A DNA stretch of 64,000 nucleotides from Eledone cirrhosa (lineage: Eukaryota): assembly GCA_964016885.1 (NCBI GenBank), contig CAXHJY010001571.1, forward strand, positions 1-64,000. Direction: 5' to 3'. Positions 45,040 to 60,147 of the stretch are shown here, piece after piece. The position numbers were made by a program, and so were the translations under genes. The notes below the pieces were generated by a model. That model saw only the letters and a program-made list of their open reading frames with translations. It had not been told where the DNA came from and searched no databases. Every line of letters begins with the position of its first letter. The stretch's first letter is position 1.

Positions 45040-45310
45040 CAATATAACATGTTTGAATGCAAAACTGTAACCTACTAAAACAAATACACGTGTACATACA
45101 CGTACTTACACACGCATATATATGTATAAGACATTTTTTCTAATTCCAACCCGCCTGTCCCTTCAATCTATCTTATTTCTCATTCTTTCTTTTGATGAAG
45201 GAGTATCGTCCGAAACGTTAAGACCCACTTCCTGCTATATCAAGCGTTAAGCTAATATATCCCTTCCATATACTGTACAATTGTGTTCTTATTTCTCTTT
45301 ACCTTTTACA
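45040..45310 (+). mobile_element. Family A element (ribozyme at 45188-45223), followed by a family B-like ribozyme on the minus strand (45340-45397)
   Basis: tctt-TTGATGA-a-ggagtatcgtcc-GAAACGTT-aaga; minus strand CTGGCGA-c-tgaaaacagatat..atctgccttca-a-GAAACCACTGGTA. Confidence 0.7.
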
Positions 45311-45599
45311 TACACGCATGTATATATATTTATATATTTATATACCAGTGGTTTCTTGAAGGCAGATATTTATATCTGTTTTCAGTCGCCAGAATAAATA
45401 TATATATATATATATATATAAATATGAGTGTATGTGTATGTGTGTGTGTGCGCGCGTGATTGTATATATGTATATATGTGAGTATAAATATATATATATA
45501 TATATATATATTTATATCGATACACTCACATATATACATATATACAATCACGCGCGCACACACACACATACACATACACTCACACACACACAAACACAG

Positions 45600-45633
<34 letters not shown>

Positions 45634-45677
45634 CGATACACTCACATATATACAATCACGTGCCCACACACACACAT

Positions 45678-45716
<39 letters not shown>

Positions 45717-46143
45717 GATACACTCACATATATACAATCACGTGCGCGCACACACACACGCACGCACACACACACACACACACACACATACACACACACA
45801 CATATATATATATACATAATTGCAAGACAAATATAGAAATAATTCTTTCTACTTTTGGCTCAAGGCCAGCAAATTCCCCCAGCGTATTACTGGTACTTTA
45901 TTTTATCGACCCCGTAAGGATGAAAGGCAAATTTAACCTCGACGGGATTTGAACTCAGACCGTAAAGGGACGTAACTATGCTGGAAAGCTTGGCGTCCGA
46001 CCCTCTACCGATACTGCCAATCCACCACCCTCTAGAAACATAGTAGAAAACGAAACGAAAGAACAAATCAAATCAAATAAAGAAAACCAAACATTACATA
46101 TACACATACATATATATACACATATATATATACATACATATAC

Positions 46144-46315
<172 letters not shown>

Positions 46316-46410
46316 TACCTTTTACATATATATTATATATATATATAAATATATATATAATATATATATATGAATATATATATATAATATATGCATATAT
46401 ATTTATATAA

Positions 46411-46475
<65 letters not shown>

Positions 46476-46506
46476 ATATACATTTTTTTTATATACATAT
46501 ATTTAT

Positions 46507-46556
<50 letters not shown>

Positions 46557-46769
46557 AAAGGAAATATTTTAAATCCGGAGCCTGGTGACATCAATGTCTG
46601 TGACATGTTTTCAAAATGAAGGAATTGGGGTAAGGTTAGGTCTGGTTTGTATGACTTCATTCTTCGCTTCCTGTTTAATATTCCTTCCCGCCATCCACCA
46701 ATTTTCTCCATCTTGGAAGAGAACCGGAATTTTTTCTTTCTTATTTTTTTCTTTGAGTGTGGTTGTGAT

Positions 46770-46802
46770 GTGTGTATGTATGTGTATATATACACCACAG
46801 TT

Positions 46803-46883
<81 letters not shown>

Positions 46884-46924
46884 GTATGTATGTATGTGTA
46901 TATATACACCACAGTTCCTGTGTC

Positions 46925-46959
<35 letters not shown>

Positions 46960-47907
46960 ATGTATGTGTATATATACACCACAGTTCCTGAGTGTGTGTG
47001 TGTGTGTGTTTTGTGTCTATGTATGTGTATATATACACCACAGTTCCTGTGTGTGTGCGTGTATGTATGTGTATATATGCACCACAGTTCCTCCGCGTGT
47101 GTCTGTATGTGGTATGTTTGTGTCTGTATGTATGTGTATATATACACCACAGTTCCTGTGTGTGTGCGTGTATGTATGTGTATATATGCACCACAGTTCC
47201 ACCGCGTGTGTCTGTATGTGTATGTTTGTGTCTGTATGTATGTGTATATATGCACCACAGTTCCTCTGTGTGTGTGTGTATGTGTATGTTTGTGTCTGTA
47301 TATATGTGTATATATGCACCACAGTTCCTCTGTGTGTGTGTGTATGTGTATGTTTGTGTCTGTATATATGTGTATATATGCACCACAGTTCCTCCGTGTG
47401 TGTGTGTATGTGTATGTTTGGTCTGTATGTATGTGTATATATGCACCACAGTTCCTCCGTGTGTGTCTGTATGTGTATGTTTGGTCTGTATGTATGTGTA
47501 TATATGCACCACAGTTCCTCCGTGTGTGTGTGTATGTGTATGTTTGGTCTGTATATATGTGTATATATGCACCACAGTTCCTCTGTGTGTGTGTGTATGT
47601 TTGTGTCTGTATATATGTGTATATATGCACCACAGTTCCTGTGTGTGTGTGTGTGTATGTGTATGTTTGGTCTGTATATATGTGTATATATGCACCACAG
47701 TTCCTGTGTGTGTGTGTGTATGTGTATGTTTGGTCTGTATATATGTGTATATATGCACCACAGTTCCTGTGTGTGTGTGTGTATGTGTATGTTTGTGTCT
47801 GTATATATGTGTATATATGCACCACAGTTCCTGTGTGTGTGTGTGTATGTGTATGTTTGTGTCTGTATATATGTGTATATATGCACCACAGTTCCTGTGT
47901 GTGTGTG
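46770..47907. repeat. ~60-bp minisatellite anchored on caccacagttcct within (GT)/(AT) repeats
   Basis: About 18 anchor copies. Confidence 0.9.
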
Positions 47908-48367
47908 AGCCGATTTTTTTTTTCGAAATTTTTTTAGTTATTGCATTCGGAAAAAAAAATCACTCTGCAATCTTTTTTCGTAGAAAATAATACGCATGCG
48001 CACGGCTGGCTGTGTGTGTCAGTATATCTACCTTTCTCTCTCTCCCTTTCCATATATACATATATACATTCTCACACACACAAATATATATATTTATATA
48101 TATATATATATATATATACATAATACATACATGTGATGTGCTAGTTATATTTGAATGCATATATATATATGTATTACCCTTTTATTATTATATTTATATA
48201 TATATATATATATATACATATATCACCCTTTTATATATATATATAGATATATCACTCTTTTATATATATATATATATAGAGTTATCTCATCCATATGCAT
48301 AAGAAAGAAATGAAATCATAGGAGAACATATTAGGAATAAATATAGAAATATCACAAGAAGGGCAGA

Positions 48368-48970
48368 CAACCACCACTAACACTAACACCAACACCTCAA
48401 CCTCCACCACAACCACCACCACCAACACATCAACCTCCCTCACCAACACCACCTCCACCTCCACCACTACCACCAACACCAACACCCCCATCTCCAACAC
48501 CAACACCAACACCAACACCAACACCACCACCACCAACACCACCAACACCACCACCACCAACACCACAACCACCAACACCACCACCACCAACACCACCACC
48601 ACTACCAACACCACAACCACCAACATCACCTCCACCTACCACCACCACCACCACCACCATCACCACCACAACCAACACCTCCACCACCACCACCACCACC
48701 ACCATCTCCAACACCACCACCACCTCCACCACCGCCAACAGCAGCACCACAACTATCGCTACCCCCCCCCCCCCCCCCCCCCACACACACCTCCAACACC
48801 ACCACCACCACCACCACCACCACCACCACCACCAACACCACAACCACCACCACCACCACCACCACCACCACACCACCACCACTGCCAACACCTCAACCAC
48901 CATCACTACCACCAGCACCATCACCTCCACCACCACCACAACCACCACCACCACCACCACCACCACCACC

Positions 48971-49002
<32 letters not shown>

Positions 49003-49212
49003 CACCTCCATCACCACCACAACCATCATTATTATCACTACCACCAACAACAACACCATCACCACTACCACCACCATCAGCTCAACCACCAGCACAACCA
49101 TCACTACCATCGCTATCCCCCCCCCCCCCCACTCACCCAATCTCGTCTACCACCACTATCACCACCACCTCCATCTCCACATCCACCACCGTCATTACCA
49201 TCATCACCAACT
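48368..49212. repeat. (ACC/AAC)n low-complexity tract
   Basis: Direct reading. Confidence 0.9.
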
Positions 49213-49596
49213 CCTTTGCGTGTATGTATGTATGTATGTATGTATGTATGAACGTACGAATGTATGTGTGTATGTAAGTATGTATGAATTTATGCATACG
49301 TACGTACACACTAACGTACGTATGCATGCAAGTATGAATGTATATATGTATATATGTATTTATGCATGTATTAAAGTATAAATGTATGTATGCACGGATG
49401 TATATATGTATATACACATATATGTATGCACGTATGTATGTATGTATGTATGTATGTATATACGCATATGTATATGTACGTATGTAGGTATGTATGTTTA
49501 ATATTTACGCATATATGTATGTACCTATGTATGTATATATGCGTATATGTATGCACGTATGTATGTAACTATGTATGTATGTAACTATGTATGTAT

Positions 49597-50003
49597 GAGA
49601 GATGACCCCTTAGCCTTTGTCAAAGCAGAATTCTAGGAGAAGGAAAACTCTGATGTAACACCTGCAGCCCTGATGGTATCCAATGATGTTGACTTGTTCT
49701 TCTTTTTGGTAAATATCATCTTGGTTAAGAGAGTGGGACTGGCTTTGTGCAGTGCCTTTGCCCACTATAAAAGCTTCACGACACAGGCATTGCTTTATAT
49801 CTGGAGATCTCTCTGCCCTTGTCATCACATGGTACCATGGGCCCAGCACTATGTGTCAATAATTGTCACAAGTGTAGTGTTTGTACCAGAGTTTTCAAGT
49901 CGCTGGCTGGACTAAAAAGTCACACTCGTTCAGTGCAATGGTAGGGGTTCTCCTACATGGATATAAAGTAGTGGTCGTACTCGAAAACGAGTTGGCAGCC
50001 ACC
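49597..50003 (+). mobile_element. Non-autonomous RTE-derived element (5'-truncated)
   Basis: Matches ~20614-21020. Confidence 0.85.
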
Positions 50004-50265
50004 ATGTACGCATATATATATGTACGTATGTAGGTATGTATGTATATACGCATATATGTATGCACGCACGTATGAATGTATGTATATACGCATATATGTA
50101 TGCACGTATGTATGTATATACGCATGTATGTACGTATGTATGTAGATCTTCGTGAGTATATATTTTTTTAATTTCTTCCCAATAGACAGAGTTGGTTTCT
50201 AACCCAGAAGCAAGGCTCTTTCTCTCTCTGGTAATTATGTATGTTTGCATATGTGTATGTGGGTG

Positions 50266-50874
50266 TACCAGTAGCACCAACTGGTGACCTGACATACATG
50301 TATCCAGGTACAACCTGTCTGATGGTCGGGTCGTTGACGACTAAACTGGCAACCCCACCAAGGTTTCTTGGTGAGGAGGGTGACTTTGGACATCCTGCAG
50401 GACTAAAAGCAAAACCTGTCAAAGGGCAAAAGAGTTCTTAAGAATCAATGGCCATCCAAAATCACCGGGAGAGATGACCCCTTAGCCTTTGTCAAGGCAG
50501 AATTCTTGGAGAAGGAAAACTCTGATATAACACCTGCAACCCTGATGGTATCCAATGATGTTGACTTATTCTTCTTTTTGGTAAATATCATCTTGGTTAA
50601 GAGAGTGGGACTGGCTTTGTGCAGTGCCTTTGCTCACTATAAAAGTTCACAGCACAGGCATTGCTTTATATCTGGAGATCTCTCTGCACTTGTCATCACA
50701 TGGTACCATGGGCCCAGCACTATGTGTCAATAACTGTCACAAGTGTAGTGTTTGTACCAGAGTTTTCAAGTCGCTGGCCGGACTAAAAAGTCACTCTCGT
50801 TCAGCGCATCGATAGGGGTTCTCCTACATGAATATAAAGTAGTGGGCGTACTCGAAAACGAGTTGGCAGCCACC
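50266..50874 (+). mobile_element. Non-autonomous RTE-derived element with inverted 5' tip
   Basis: Matches 20409-21020; the first ~32 bp are reverse-complemented. Confidence 0.85.
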
Positions 50875-51684
50875 ATGTGGGTGTATATGTAAATCTGTGT
50901 ATATGTACATCTGTGTAGATGTGTGTGTGTATATGTGTATAATTGTGTATATGTGCATGTGTACATGTGTTCATCTGTGTGTATCTGTGTATATGTGTAT
51001 GTGTGCATGTGTGTATATGTGTGTATATGTGTGTATATGTGTATATATGTGCATGTGTATATATGTGTCATCGCTTGCTTTGAATTGTATGTGAACATCT
51101 ATCTAAAGTCTAAAGTCTGTCTTAAGCCAGAAGGCTCATTTGGTCGGTGCTTATCCAGGTTTCATGGCGTGAAACAACTGAGAGTACAAGACTCCCCCTG
51201 GACAAGACACCAGTCCATCACAAGGTTAAACCCCCAGCTATTACTGGTACTCATTTTCAGCTGAGTATACTGAGGCAATGTGAAATGAAGTCTTTTGCTC
51301 AAGAACACAACACACAACCCAGGAATCGAACCCACACTATTATGATTGTAAGTCCAATACCCTTACCACTAGGCCATGTGCCTCCGTGAACATGTATATA
51401 TATATATTTCTATATCTATAACAGTGTATATATCCAGTTATATGCTAAACATCCGGGATCTTTTATAAATGTTTACAGTTCCATTAATGGAGTGTCTGTC
51501 TGTCTGTCTTTGATAGTAGACGTCTTGCACATCGGCTCTTCGATTTGGAATCTTTACTTGGATTATTTGTGAATGTATTATTTAAATTGTTTTTCTATTA
51601 TTGACTCTAACCCCTAGTCTGTGACTGTAGACGTAGGGTAAATATATTTTCACCCCTTTTGGGGTGAAAAATATTTAATTCAAA

Positions 51685-53413
51685 ATGTTCATCGATATCG
51701 TGGAAAACGATATCGTTGAAATCGAGGAAGCCATATTGGAAGCTAACGCCACGCCTACCAAAAAAAGCGAGAGAGAGGGAACAACAATTCGAACTGTTGA
51801 ACAGCCCCTCCTCTCGAATGAAAAAAAGAACATTAATTCGAATGAAAACCTAAATTTTGCAGAAAAAAATAACAAGAAAATAAACACCACAAAAGATGAA
51901 ACCAACAACATTGCAACAACAAGCAACAAAGACAACAAAATTTCTTTTGCCCAAACGGTCAGGAAAGCTATCGAGTACAAGCCAATAGACATCACAAACG
52001 CTAAGCAGAACTTGCTAAATGCCAGAAAATACATATCTTTTGGGGAGGATGGTTCTTTTACGATCAACTCCCCGGAAGAAGTTCGCCAACAGGTATATAG
52101 GAATACCATAACCTTCAGAACGATATCCAACACAACAAGAAAGCCAGCTCAATTGACAGAAAGTCAAATTGAGCTGGTGCTGAAAGACATTAAGGAAAAC
52201 ATACTCTTCATTGAAAGAGGAAAGCTGTATGCCAGCATTATGGTCCGAATGAAGGACGAAATGCTGGCTCACAAATGCTCGGTGGCACCTATAGTGTAAC
52301 CACAATACACCTTCTTCCCCACGTATAAAGGAAGAAGAACTCAGAGACTAAGAATGTGGAGTCCAACTCCAGAAGTTAACATCTGGTCCATCCTGACAGG
52401 ATTTACGGACCTAGAAAAGGACATCCTTATATCAGCAGGGGAGTCCACCAGTGGACTGTTCGGGGGGAAAAGTATGGGGGTTCTCTTACAGATGACACCT
52501 GAGAGAATCGCCGGAATACCCGACAGAGTCCTACTGGATGGGCGAACCTTTATCAATATTACGGTGGAAGGCAGGAGACCCTCATGTTACCACCTAAGGA
52601 CAGCCTGCCCTCTACTAACAACAAAAACAACCAGCACAACCACCACAAAAACAACAAAATACACTACCATCACCACCACAACGACAACAAAAACCAACAA
52701 CACCACCTCCACCACCACCACCTCAACAACAACATCAACAACAGCTCAAGAAAACAACCCAAAACACGGTCCCACCCAGCCCCTCCCCACAGAACACAAA
52801 TACAAAAACACACGCAGTTCATACACAACCCGGAAATATACCCCTCCCCTCCAATACGGAAGAGGAGCTCTTATCGTCGGAAGACGAGGGGGCCCCCTTC
52901 CAAAAAGTGAAAAGAAAAAAACGTACACACACCACACAAACAAAAATAACCCCACCTGACAACACAAGACAGATAACAAAACGCAAACTCACTCAAGAAC
53001 AACAAGCAAAAACAAACACAACAACACAAAAACTCTACACATACATAAACAAAAACAATAAAAACCTAACAGAAAAAATAGAAAACAACTCTTCGGTTCA
53101 AACCGAAGGGCCGAATTTTGCAACGGCAATGGGACTCCCTAACCTGAAAATGGTGAAAGTCCCACTTGACATTTTCAAAACTTTAAAAAACATTTACCCT
53201 GAGGACGTGGGGCCACCCTGCACCAGGCCACTCAACCGCGTCCTCCTGAAAGGTTTTCCCCTCCCCTCCTCAAACACCCACACAACTCCAAATACCCCAA
53301 CCCCTCCACACACTAATACCCCCACACAACCACAAACCACCACCCCACCCAACAACCACTCCACCAGCCCCATGGAAACTGAGCAGCCCGGACCCTGGGA
53401 CGCAGAGAGGTAA
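51685..53413 (+). pseudogene. Tx1-like ORF1 remnant
   Basis: Three consecutive ORFs upstream of the endonuclease domain; VEGRRPSCY resembles the start of a zinc knuckle. Confidence 0.7.
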
Positions 53414-53436
53414 GTGCCTCTTTCTTTGCCACCAAC

Positions 53437-56400
53437 ATGGCTGTGTTAAGAGTGGGTTGTCTAAATGCGCTCAGGTCACAATGTATAAATGTGATGGTTA
53501 TTTGCGAGGCCCGGATCAGCAGCGTGCGACAGCTAGCCCCCACCTTTGATGACTTTGAGATGCACGCATCTCTCTGTCAGCCCGGAGGTGGGGGTGGGGT
53601 TGTCGTTCTGCTGCAAAAACATCTGGGTCTCGCTACACAGACGGTACACTTGGACCCGGAGGGTCGACTCGTGGTTCTGGACCTTGGCAATGGTGAAGGC
53701 GAAGCTTTTAGGCTTGTCGCCGTATACGCCACTTTTGGGGCAATGCGGTCGGACTTCTTCCATCGTCTGGAGACTTTTCTAGGGACGTCCCGCTCCTTGC
53801 TTTTAGTGGGGGACTGGAATGGTATCCTAGATGCACGTTGGGATTATGTAGGGGCATATCCCGGTAGAGGAGGGTGTAACAGCCTCAAGGGGTTAATCGG
53901 CCGATTTGACCTGGCCGATAGATACCGACTAGATTTTCCGACTGTGCCAACCTGGTCAAATAACAGTGGTCAATCTAGATCGTACCTAGATAGGTTCTTA
54001 GTTAGAATTAAGGATAGGGACTTTTTAAGTTGTCCAGAAATGCTCATGGTGGGCTATTCAGACCACAAGTTAGTGACCTGCGTAGTCCAACTTGATAGAA
54101 CGCATAGGCAGGGAGCCGGTTACTGGAAGCTCAACTTGTCCTTACCGGCAAGTAGAGCTTACAGGGACCGGATTAGAACCTTAGTTAAGGAGCGGTTGAC
54201 GGGCGCCATCGTCAACAGCAGGTGGTGAGGCTCTCTAAAAAGAGAGATTAGAGTAGTTTCAATAGGAGTTAGTAAGGAGTTAGCCTCAGATAGAAATAGG
54301 AAGGAAAGGGAGTTGGTAGTTAATGTTGAAGAGGCAATGAGAGCGGCAACGTGTCCAGAGTGCAAGCGTCGAGAACGGCCTTGAACCAGTTCTTCGACGC
54401 GAAACACGAAGCAAAATACGTGCTCTGGGAAACGAGGGGACCAAAGCTGTTAGCTGGGCCCGCGTGACAGAAGCGAAAAGTGGGATTAAATCCACTATCC
54501 GGTCTTTGCGAGACCAGGATGGACGGGTGATCCTTGAACCTAAGCAAATGTGCGAGGCCTTTCAAAGGCACTTTGCCCGATTGTTCGGGAGGGGCGGGGG
54601 GCCGGTTGGAGATGTGGATTTCGGTCCATACCTCGACGGCCTGCCGCGTCTTTCGGACAAGGAGGCGAGGTCCTGCGACGGGCCGATCTCAGCTGCTGAA
54701 ATAGGGGACGTACTGAGCGTATGCGGCAAACGAAAATCTCCAGGGCTCAATGGTCTGCCCTACGAACTATATATTAATATGCCAGACTTGTTCCCCGATC
54801 TCCTCGAGGCGGTCTACTGCAACTGGCAACAGAACGGGAGAATTCCCTGTTCTGTGACCAAGGGCGTAGACTTGCTAGTGAGGAAGGACGAGAACAAGGG
54901 GGATGACATTAGTAATTTTAGGCCCATAACTCTGCTAAATGCAGAGTTAAAGATTTTGGCCAAGGTGTTAGCGAAGAGGTTGGCGCTTGTCGTGGGGGGC
55001 CTGGTGGGAGATGCGCAGACATGCGCTATCCCGTCCAGGTCCATCCACGACAACCTCCATCTCATGCGATACATCATAGAGAGGGTTGGGAACGAACCCG
55101 GCTTTGGTGGGCCCTGATAAATTTAGATCAGTCTAAAGCGTTCGATAGGGTGGACCATGGTTACCTGGATGCGGTGCTAGCGGCGGCTGGGTTCGGACCC
55201 GTTTTCAGGGGCTGGATCACTGCCATGCACAGCAGCCGCATCTGCTCTAGAGTCAAGGTAAACGGCTACCTCTCGGAGCCGTTCGAAATCACCCACTCCA
55301 TCCGACAGGGGTGCCCTCTCTCCTCCCTTCTGTATGTATTGGCTCTCGAACCACTACTGCGGAAGTTGTAGTTGTTGCAGGGCATCCCTTTGGAACCGGG
55401 ATTGCGCAAAGCGGTGTATCCTACGCCGATGACGTAACAGTTATGGTGTCGACCACCGCGGAAATCGAGGCAATCGGCACCTTACTGGAGGAGTACGAAA
55501 GGTTGACAGGGGATAAGCTAAACCGGTACATGTCAGTCGCTTTGCAACTCGGCGAGTGGAGGGGCAAAGCGATGTCGTCCGATGGTATCGTGGGACGGTG
55601 GACGGAGGGCCCGGTGAAGTTGCTTGGGGTCTGGTTCGGACCGGACCCCCAGGTGGAGAAAAACTGGGGTGAGGTGACGAATAGAGTGTTTGCACTGACC
55701 CAGAAGTGGGCCGAGTGCAAACTATCCATGAAAGGTCGGGCGGAGGTGGCGAACGCTTACATAGCGTCCGTCATATATTACCGATTGACTGTCGTGCCTT
55801 GCCCGAGTGAGATCCTCGCCAAAATGGAGCGCGCCCTCTTTTATTTCCTTTGGAAGAAGAGGTCTCCTCTGGTGAGGAGATCCATCTGCTGTCAACACCC
55901 TTTGAAAGGAGGGCTGGGGATGCCGTGGCTAAAAATGCGTAAACACGCATTGAGGCTAAGGCACCTCCAGGTATTCCTCACCGGTCAACCGGTGTGGGCC
56001 CAGTTTGTGAGGCGAGCCTTCCCGAGGCTCGTCTCGCTCACCGAGCTGCATTCCTGGGTGAAGCAAAGACCCAGAAAACTGGGCGACTGGCACACCGAGT
56101 GTCCCCAGGCGCTCACGGCTCTCTGGCAGGCGGATCCGGCAATCGATGGAGACTCCACCTCGTCATTCTATAGAGGGCTAGTGGTTAGCAGGTGCGACGA
56201 CGCCCTCGGAGAAACCCTAGGCATGGAGGAGGACGAACTGGCCAGTCTATTCGGTAGGACTTTCGGCCCGGGACCTATGGACAACTTCCAGAAGTCCTTG
56301 GCCTGACAGTGCTACCGAGGGGCTCTGCCAGTTCGGGATAAGCTCTACAGACACGGGCGCCCGGGTAGGGACCCCTCGAAAAAGATCTGTCCCAGATGCG

Positions 56401-56808
56401 TGCGCGCGACGAGGAAACCGTCGCGCACGCATTGGTGCACTGCCCGGGCGTTGCCGATCTGTGGGGCTATGTCGAACAACTGCTGTCACGGGTGGGACCA
56501 ATTAGGTTGACTACCGAGTCCATTGTAACGATCAAGCCGCCCGCCCCCCTTCAAAAATGAAGGAGAGGCGGTCTTCCTCTGTGTAATAGCCATGGTAAAA
56601 GAGGTTATATGGTGGACGCGTCCGAAAGGGCTGAGGTCGGACACCTTTCTCTCCGGCCAACAACTGGTCCTTTTCTTCCGATACCATTTCAGGAAGAAGG
56701 ATCAGGATGGAGAGAGAGGTGCTCCACTCCAGCCAGTTTTATGAAAGGTGGGTGAAAGTTGCAAGAATGGCCCGTGTGAATGGGCCTTCTCTCTACCTCA
56801 GCCTGTAG
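53437..56808 (+). pseudogene. Tx1-like ORF2 (AP endonuclease-RT-CCHC), multiple stops and frameshifts
   Basis: ORFs 53437-54228, 54464-55117, 55021-55371 and 55311-56306. Confidence 0.92.
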
Positions 56809-57439
56809 GTGGAAAAGGAAGAAGGGAGCACCCTCTCTTTGTGCTCCCGTGGAGAAGGGTCGCACATTTTTTTCGGGGGTGTGTGTGACCCCAAAACGAT
56901 CCCTCCCTATTGAGGACCTTCTTGTTAAAATTTTACTTATTACATTTTTCTTACTCGATTTTTATGTAAACTCCCCCCCACCCATGTACATATCCCTTTC
57001 TTTTGTGCCCTAGTGGCAAATAAACAGAAATTTGTCTGTATGTATGTACTGAGACAACGGCCATCCAAATAGTACTTTTTTTTCCACCTGTCAAAACACC
57101 TTTCTAAGAGAGGGAAAAATATCGCGTCTTTGGAAGCATCCGATGATGTTGACCAGTTCTCCTTTTCGGGTAGTGTTTTCGATGCTCAGGGAGTGGGATT
57201 GGTCGAGTGCAAAGCCTTTCCCCACATAAAAAAGTTTCAAAGCACAGGCATTGCTTTTTTAGGATATGTTACAGGTTTGTGTGGCTGGCCGTAGCAGTGC
57301 ACCAGTTTCTATAATCTGACAAGTGATTGCAATACTCTTAGCAGAGTGGCCGTACTAGATAACGAGTTGGCAGCCACCATGTATGTATGTATGTATGTAT
57401 GTATGTATGTATGTATGTATGTATGTATGTATGTATGTT

Positions 57440-57960
57440 TTCTCTTTCTCTTAATTTCGAGTATATTTTTTTGACCGGCCACCTTCCTGGTGGCAAGGTT
57501 GTAAAAGAAAAGAAATTGTCATCCCTTGAATCGCAAGAATGTTTTGCAAATTTTGAAGGTGCCAGCTATCGCAGCCATTTGTAGACTATGAATTAGGGAG
57601 CTGCGCTTTTTGTCCACAAATCCAAGTTCAGTCATACTTTGGTCCAAGCGGGTTGGTATATAACCCGTAGCACCAATAATGATGGGTATGAAGCTAAAGG
57701 TGTATCTTGGATACTGGATTTGTAAACTCCTCATCAATGGTCCGTAGATGTCCTCCTTCTCCTGTATTTTTCTGACAACGTTTACATCAAGTGGGCAGCT
57801 GATCTCCACAACAGAACACGTTTTCAATGTGTGGTCCCAAACTACAATATCAGGCCGGTTGTGCTTTAATTTGGTGGCAGTTTTTATTTTCAGGTTCCAC
57901 CAGTATTCCTTAGTGCCATCTGTCTCAATATATTCTTCCTCTGTATCGATTTTCCTTGGT
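57440..57960 (-). mobile_element. Second R4/Dong-type 3' fragment
   Basis: EYWWN..NRPDIVVWD..VVEISCPLD..IPIIIGATG; 3' end abuts (TATG)n. Confidence 0.85.
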
Positions 57961-59467
57961 CAACACCTGACCGGTCAGCTGAAAGGCTGTAGTGTGTTTT
58001 AGTGGAAAGATTTGCTACTAGGAGATAATTCTGTTGGTGTCACTCCAATAATGGAGGGGGTATTTCTTGCTAGGAGAGGCTGTTTTTAAATGCAGCTTTG
58101 ATATGTCCAGTGAAAGCAAGATGGCCGGATTGGTAAGAAGTTCCCTTTGCAATCATTAAGTCTCAGATTCCATCAAATTATACGTCAACTTGGGTGAGTG
58201 ATATTTATCATGTCCATTTGCCGACTCAAGATTTGTGAGTGAAATTGCGTAGAGAGAAGCTGTTTGGAAGCTTGCTGGGTGGACTGTTCCTGTAGTTTAA
58301 AAGACCAGTCTAGTTACACACCGTGTCTTGCTGAATCTCCCTGAGAATTACATTAATACTGCACGTATATCTGGAATGCTCAGTCACTTTCAAGTTAATA
58401 CCATCAACAGTCTGTTCCAATGATCGAATAATAGGAACAATATTTGTGGAAACCGTTGCAGTTTCATTACTTGAGACTCGCCTATATATCAGAACCTTCA
58501 ATTGTTTTACCATATATATACCAGACACATTGAAATTTAAGTTTTAAGCAAGTAATTGTTGGCATCAGAGAAACCCTATAGTTTATGCTGCTTTCTAAAA
58601 CGTAAAAGTGAGTAAAGATTAAAACAATATTCTAATAATATATCTCTGTGATATAATTAGATAAATATTTAGCATATATGTATAAACGACATAGGATAAA
58701 ATATATGAGTAAGTTTGGAGAAATATTTAGAGAGACGAATTTAGGATTAGAACCCAGGACTATGGGATTGGAAAGCGAATATCTTATTGAAGAAATAAGA
58801 GTGAGATAAGAAATGAACTGTGTATGTGTGGGAGTAAATTGTAAAGAGTTACACATATATATATATATTATAATTGTTTCTACTTTTGGCATAAGGTCAG
58901 CAATTAAGCAGTGTATTACTGGTACTTTATTTTATCGACCCCATAAGGATGAAAGGCAAAGTTAACCTCGGCGGGATTTGAACTCAGAATGGCAAGGGCT
59001 GTAACTCTATGCGTCAAAGCATGGCGTCCGGCCCTCTACCGATACTGCCAATCCACCATTATAATGGTTGATAAATATAATGATCATAAAATAATATTTA
59101 AATATCCTCCGAAAATATATTTGTCGCAAAATGATAATATTGCCTAAAGTTTCGAGGGCAAAGTAAGGGTGACAATTCTTTAACCCGGGTATCAAGATCA
59201 TGTCGTTTACTAACTTGCTTGTGACTCCTTAGAGCTACAATTAAATAACTATATTTTCATTGGTATATCTGACAAACTTTGACCGAACAAAAATAGAACG
59301 CTATGCTGTTTTTGTATTAAATATTTCTTCATACTGTGATTAGTTACTCCGACAGAGAAAAGTAACAAAATTACTGAGTCAGTTTAAATCAACCACTACA
59401 CTTTACTATGTTACTGAATACTTTTCAATCAGTTATTGTTGTTGTTGCTGTGTGGGTGGGTGTGTGT

Positions 59468-59678
59468 GTAAAAGGTAAAAATAAATAACAAAAATAAAAA
59501 AACAAACGGCACAGTACATGGAAGGAATATATTAGTTTAACGCTTGAAATAGCAGTAAGAGAGTCTTAACGTTTATGACGCTAGTCCTTCATCAGAAGAA
59601 AGAATGAGAAATTAAAGAAGAAATAGAAAGATTGAGGAGACTGGCAGGGCGGAAACGGAAAACATTTTTTTTATAGAG

Positions 59679-59680
<2 letters not shown>
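59468..59680 (-). mobile_element. Family A element fragment (ribozyme at 59564-59599)
   Basis: tctt-CTGATGA-aggactagcgtca-TAAACGTT-aaga. Confidence 0.75.
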
Positions 59681-59745
<65 letters not shown>

Positions 59746-60147
59746 AAGGTTAAACAAGGTTCAATGAATAAATCAAATAATTAGTTTTACAATAGATTGG
59801 AAGCACTCAACAATTTGGTTTTCCGGAGTTATTAATATTCATTCAAAATATTAACAAAAATAGAACTTCATTGTGATCAAATATATTTTATTATACATAT
59901 TTCAGAGGTACTGAGCTAACTTCAACAGAATGTCCTCATCAGATAAAATAAGATGATGCATGACATACCCTGGCATAGGAGATGGTTAAGATCCAGTCAT
60001 GGTAGTGAGTGAGATGTAAGTTTTTTCATGTATCAATCTTAAGGTATATAAATATTGAGTTTTGTCATATCTTATCTGGGTGTTAGCTTCAAAAAACATC
60101 TTTTGAAGCTAACACCCAGTGAGAAAATTTGTTCCGAAAGTATTGCC

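Larger units (their letters stand above)
51510..57033 (+). mobile_element. Near full-length Tx1/L1-clade LINE, inactivated
   Basis: ORF1 ~51685-53413 (broken). ORF2 has endonuclease motifs LLVGDWN, SYLDRF, SDH, YWKLN; RT motifs FRPITLLN, LDQSKAFDRVDH, RQGCPLS, YADD; a CPRC..H...HC knuckle at ~56390-56440; aataaa at the end. Confidence 0.93.

Noticed and set aside
46508-47990. 290-450 aa ORFs
   Set aside because: Minisatellite translation artefacts.
57960-58560. Unique-looking possible coding segment
   Set aside because: Multiple stops and no motif I recognise.
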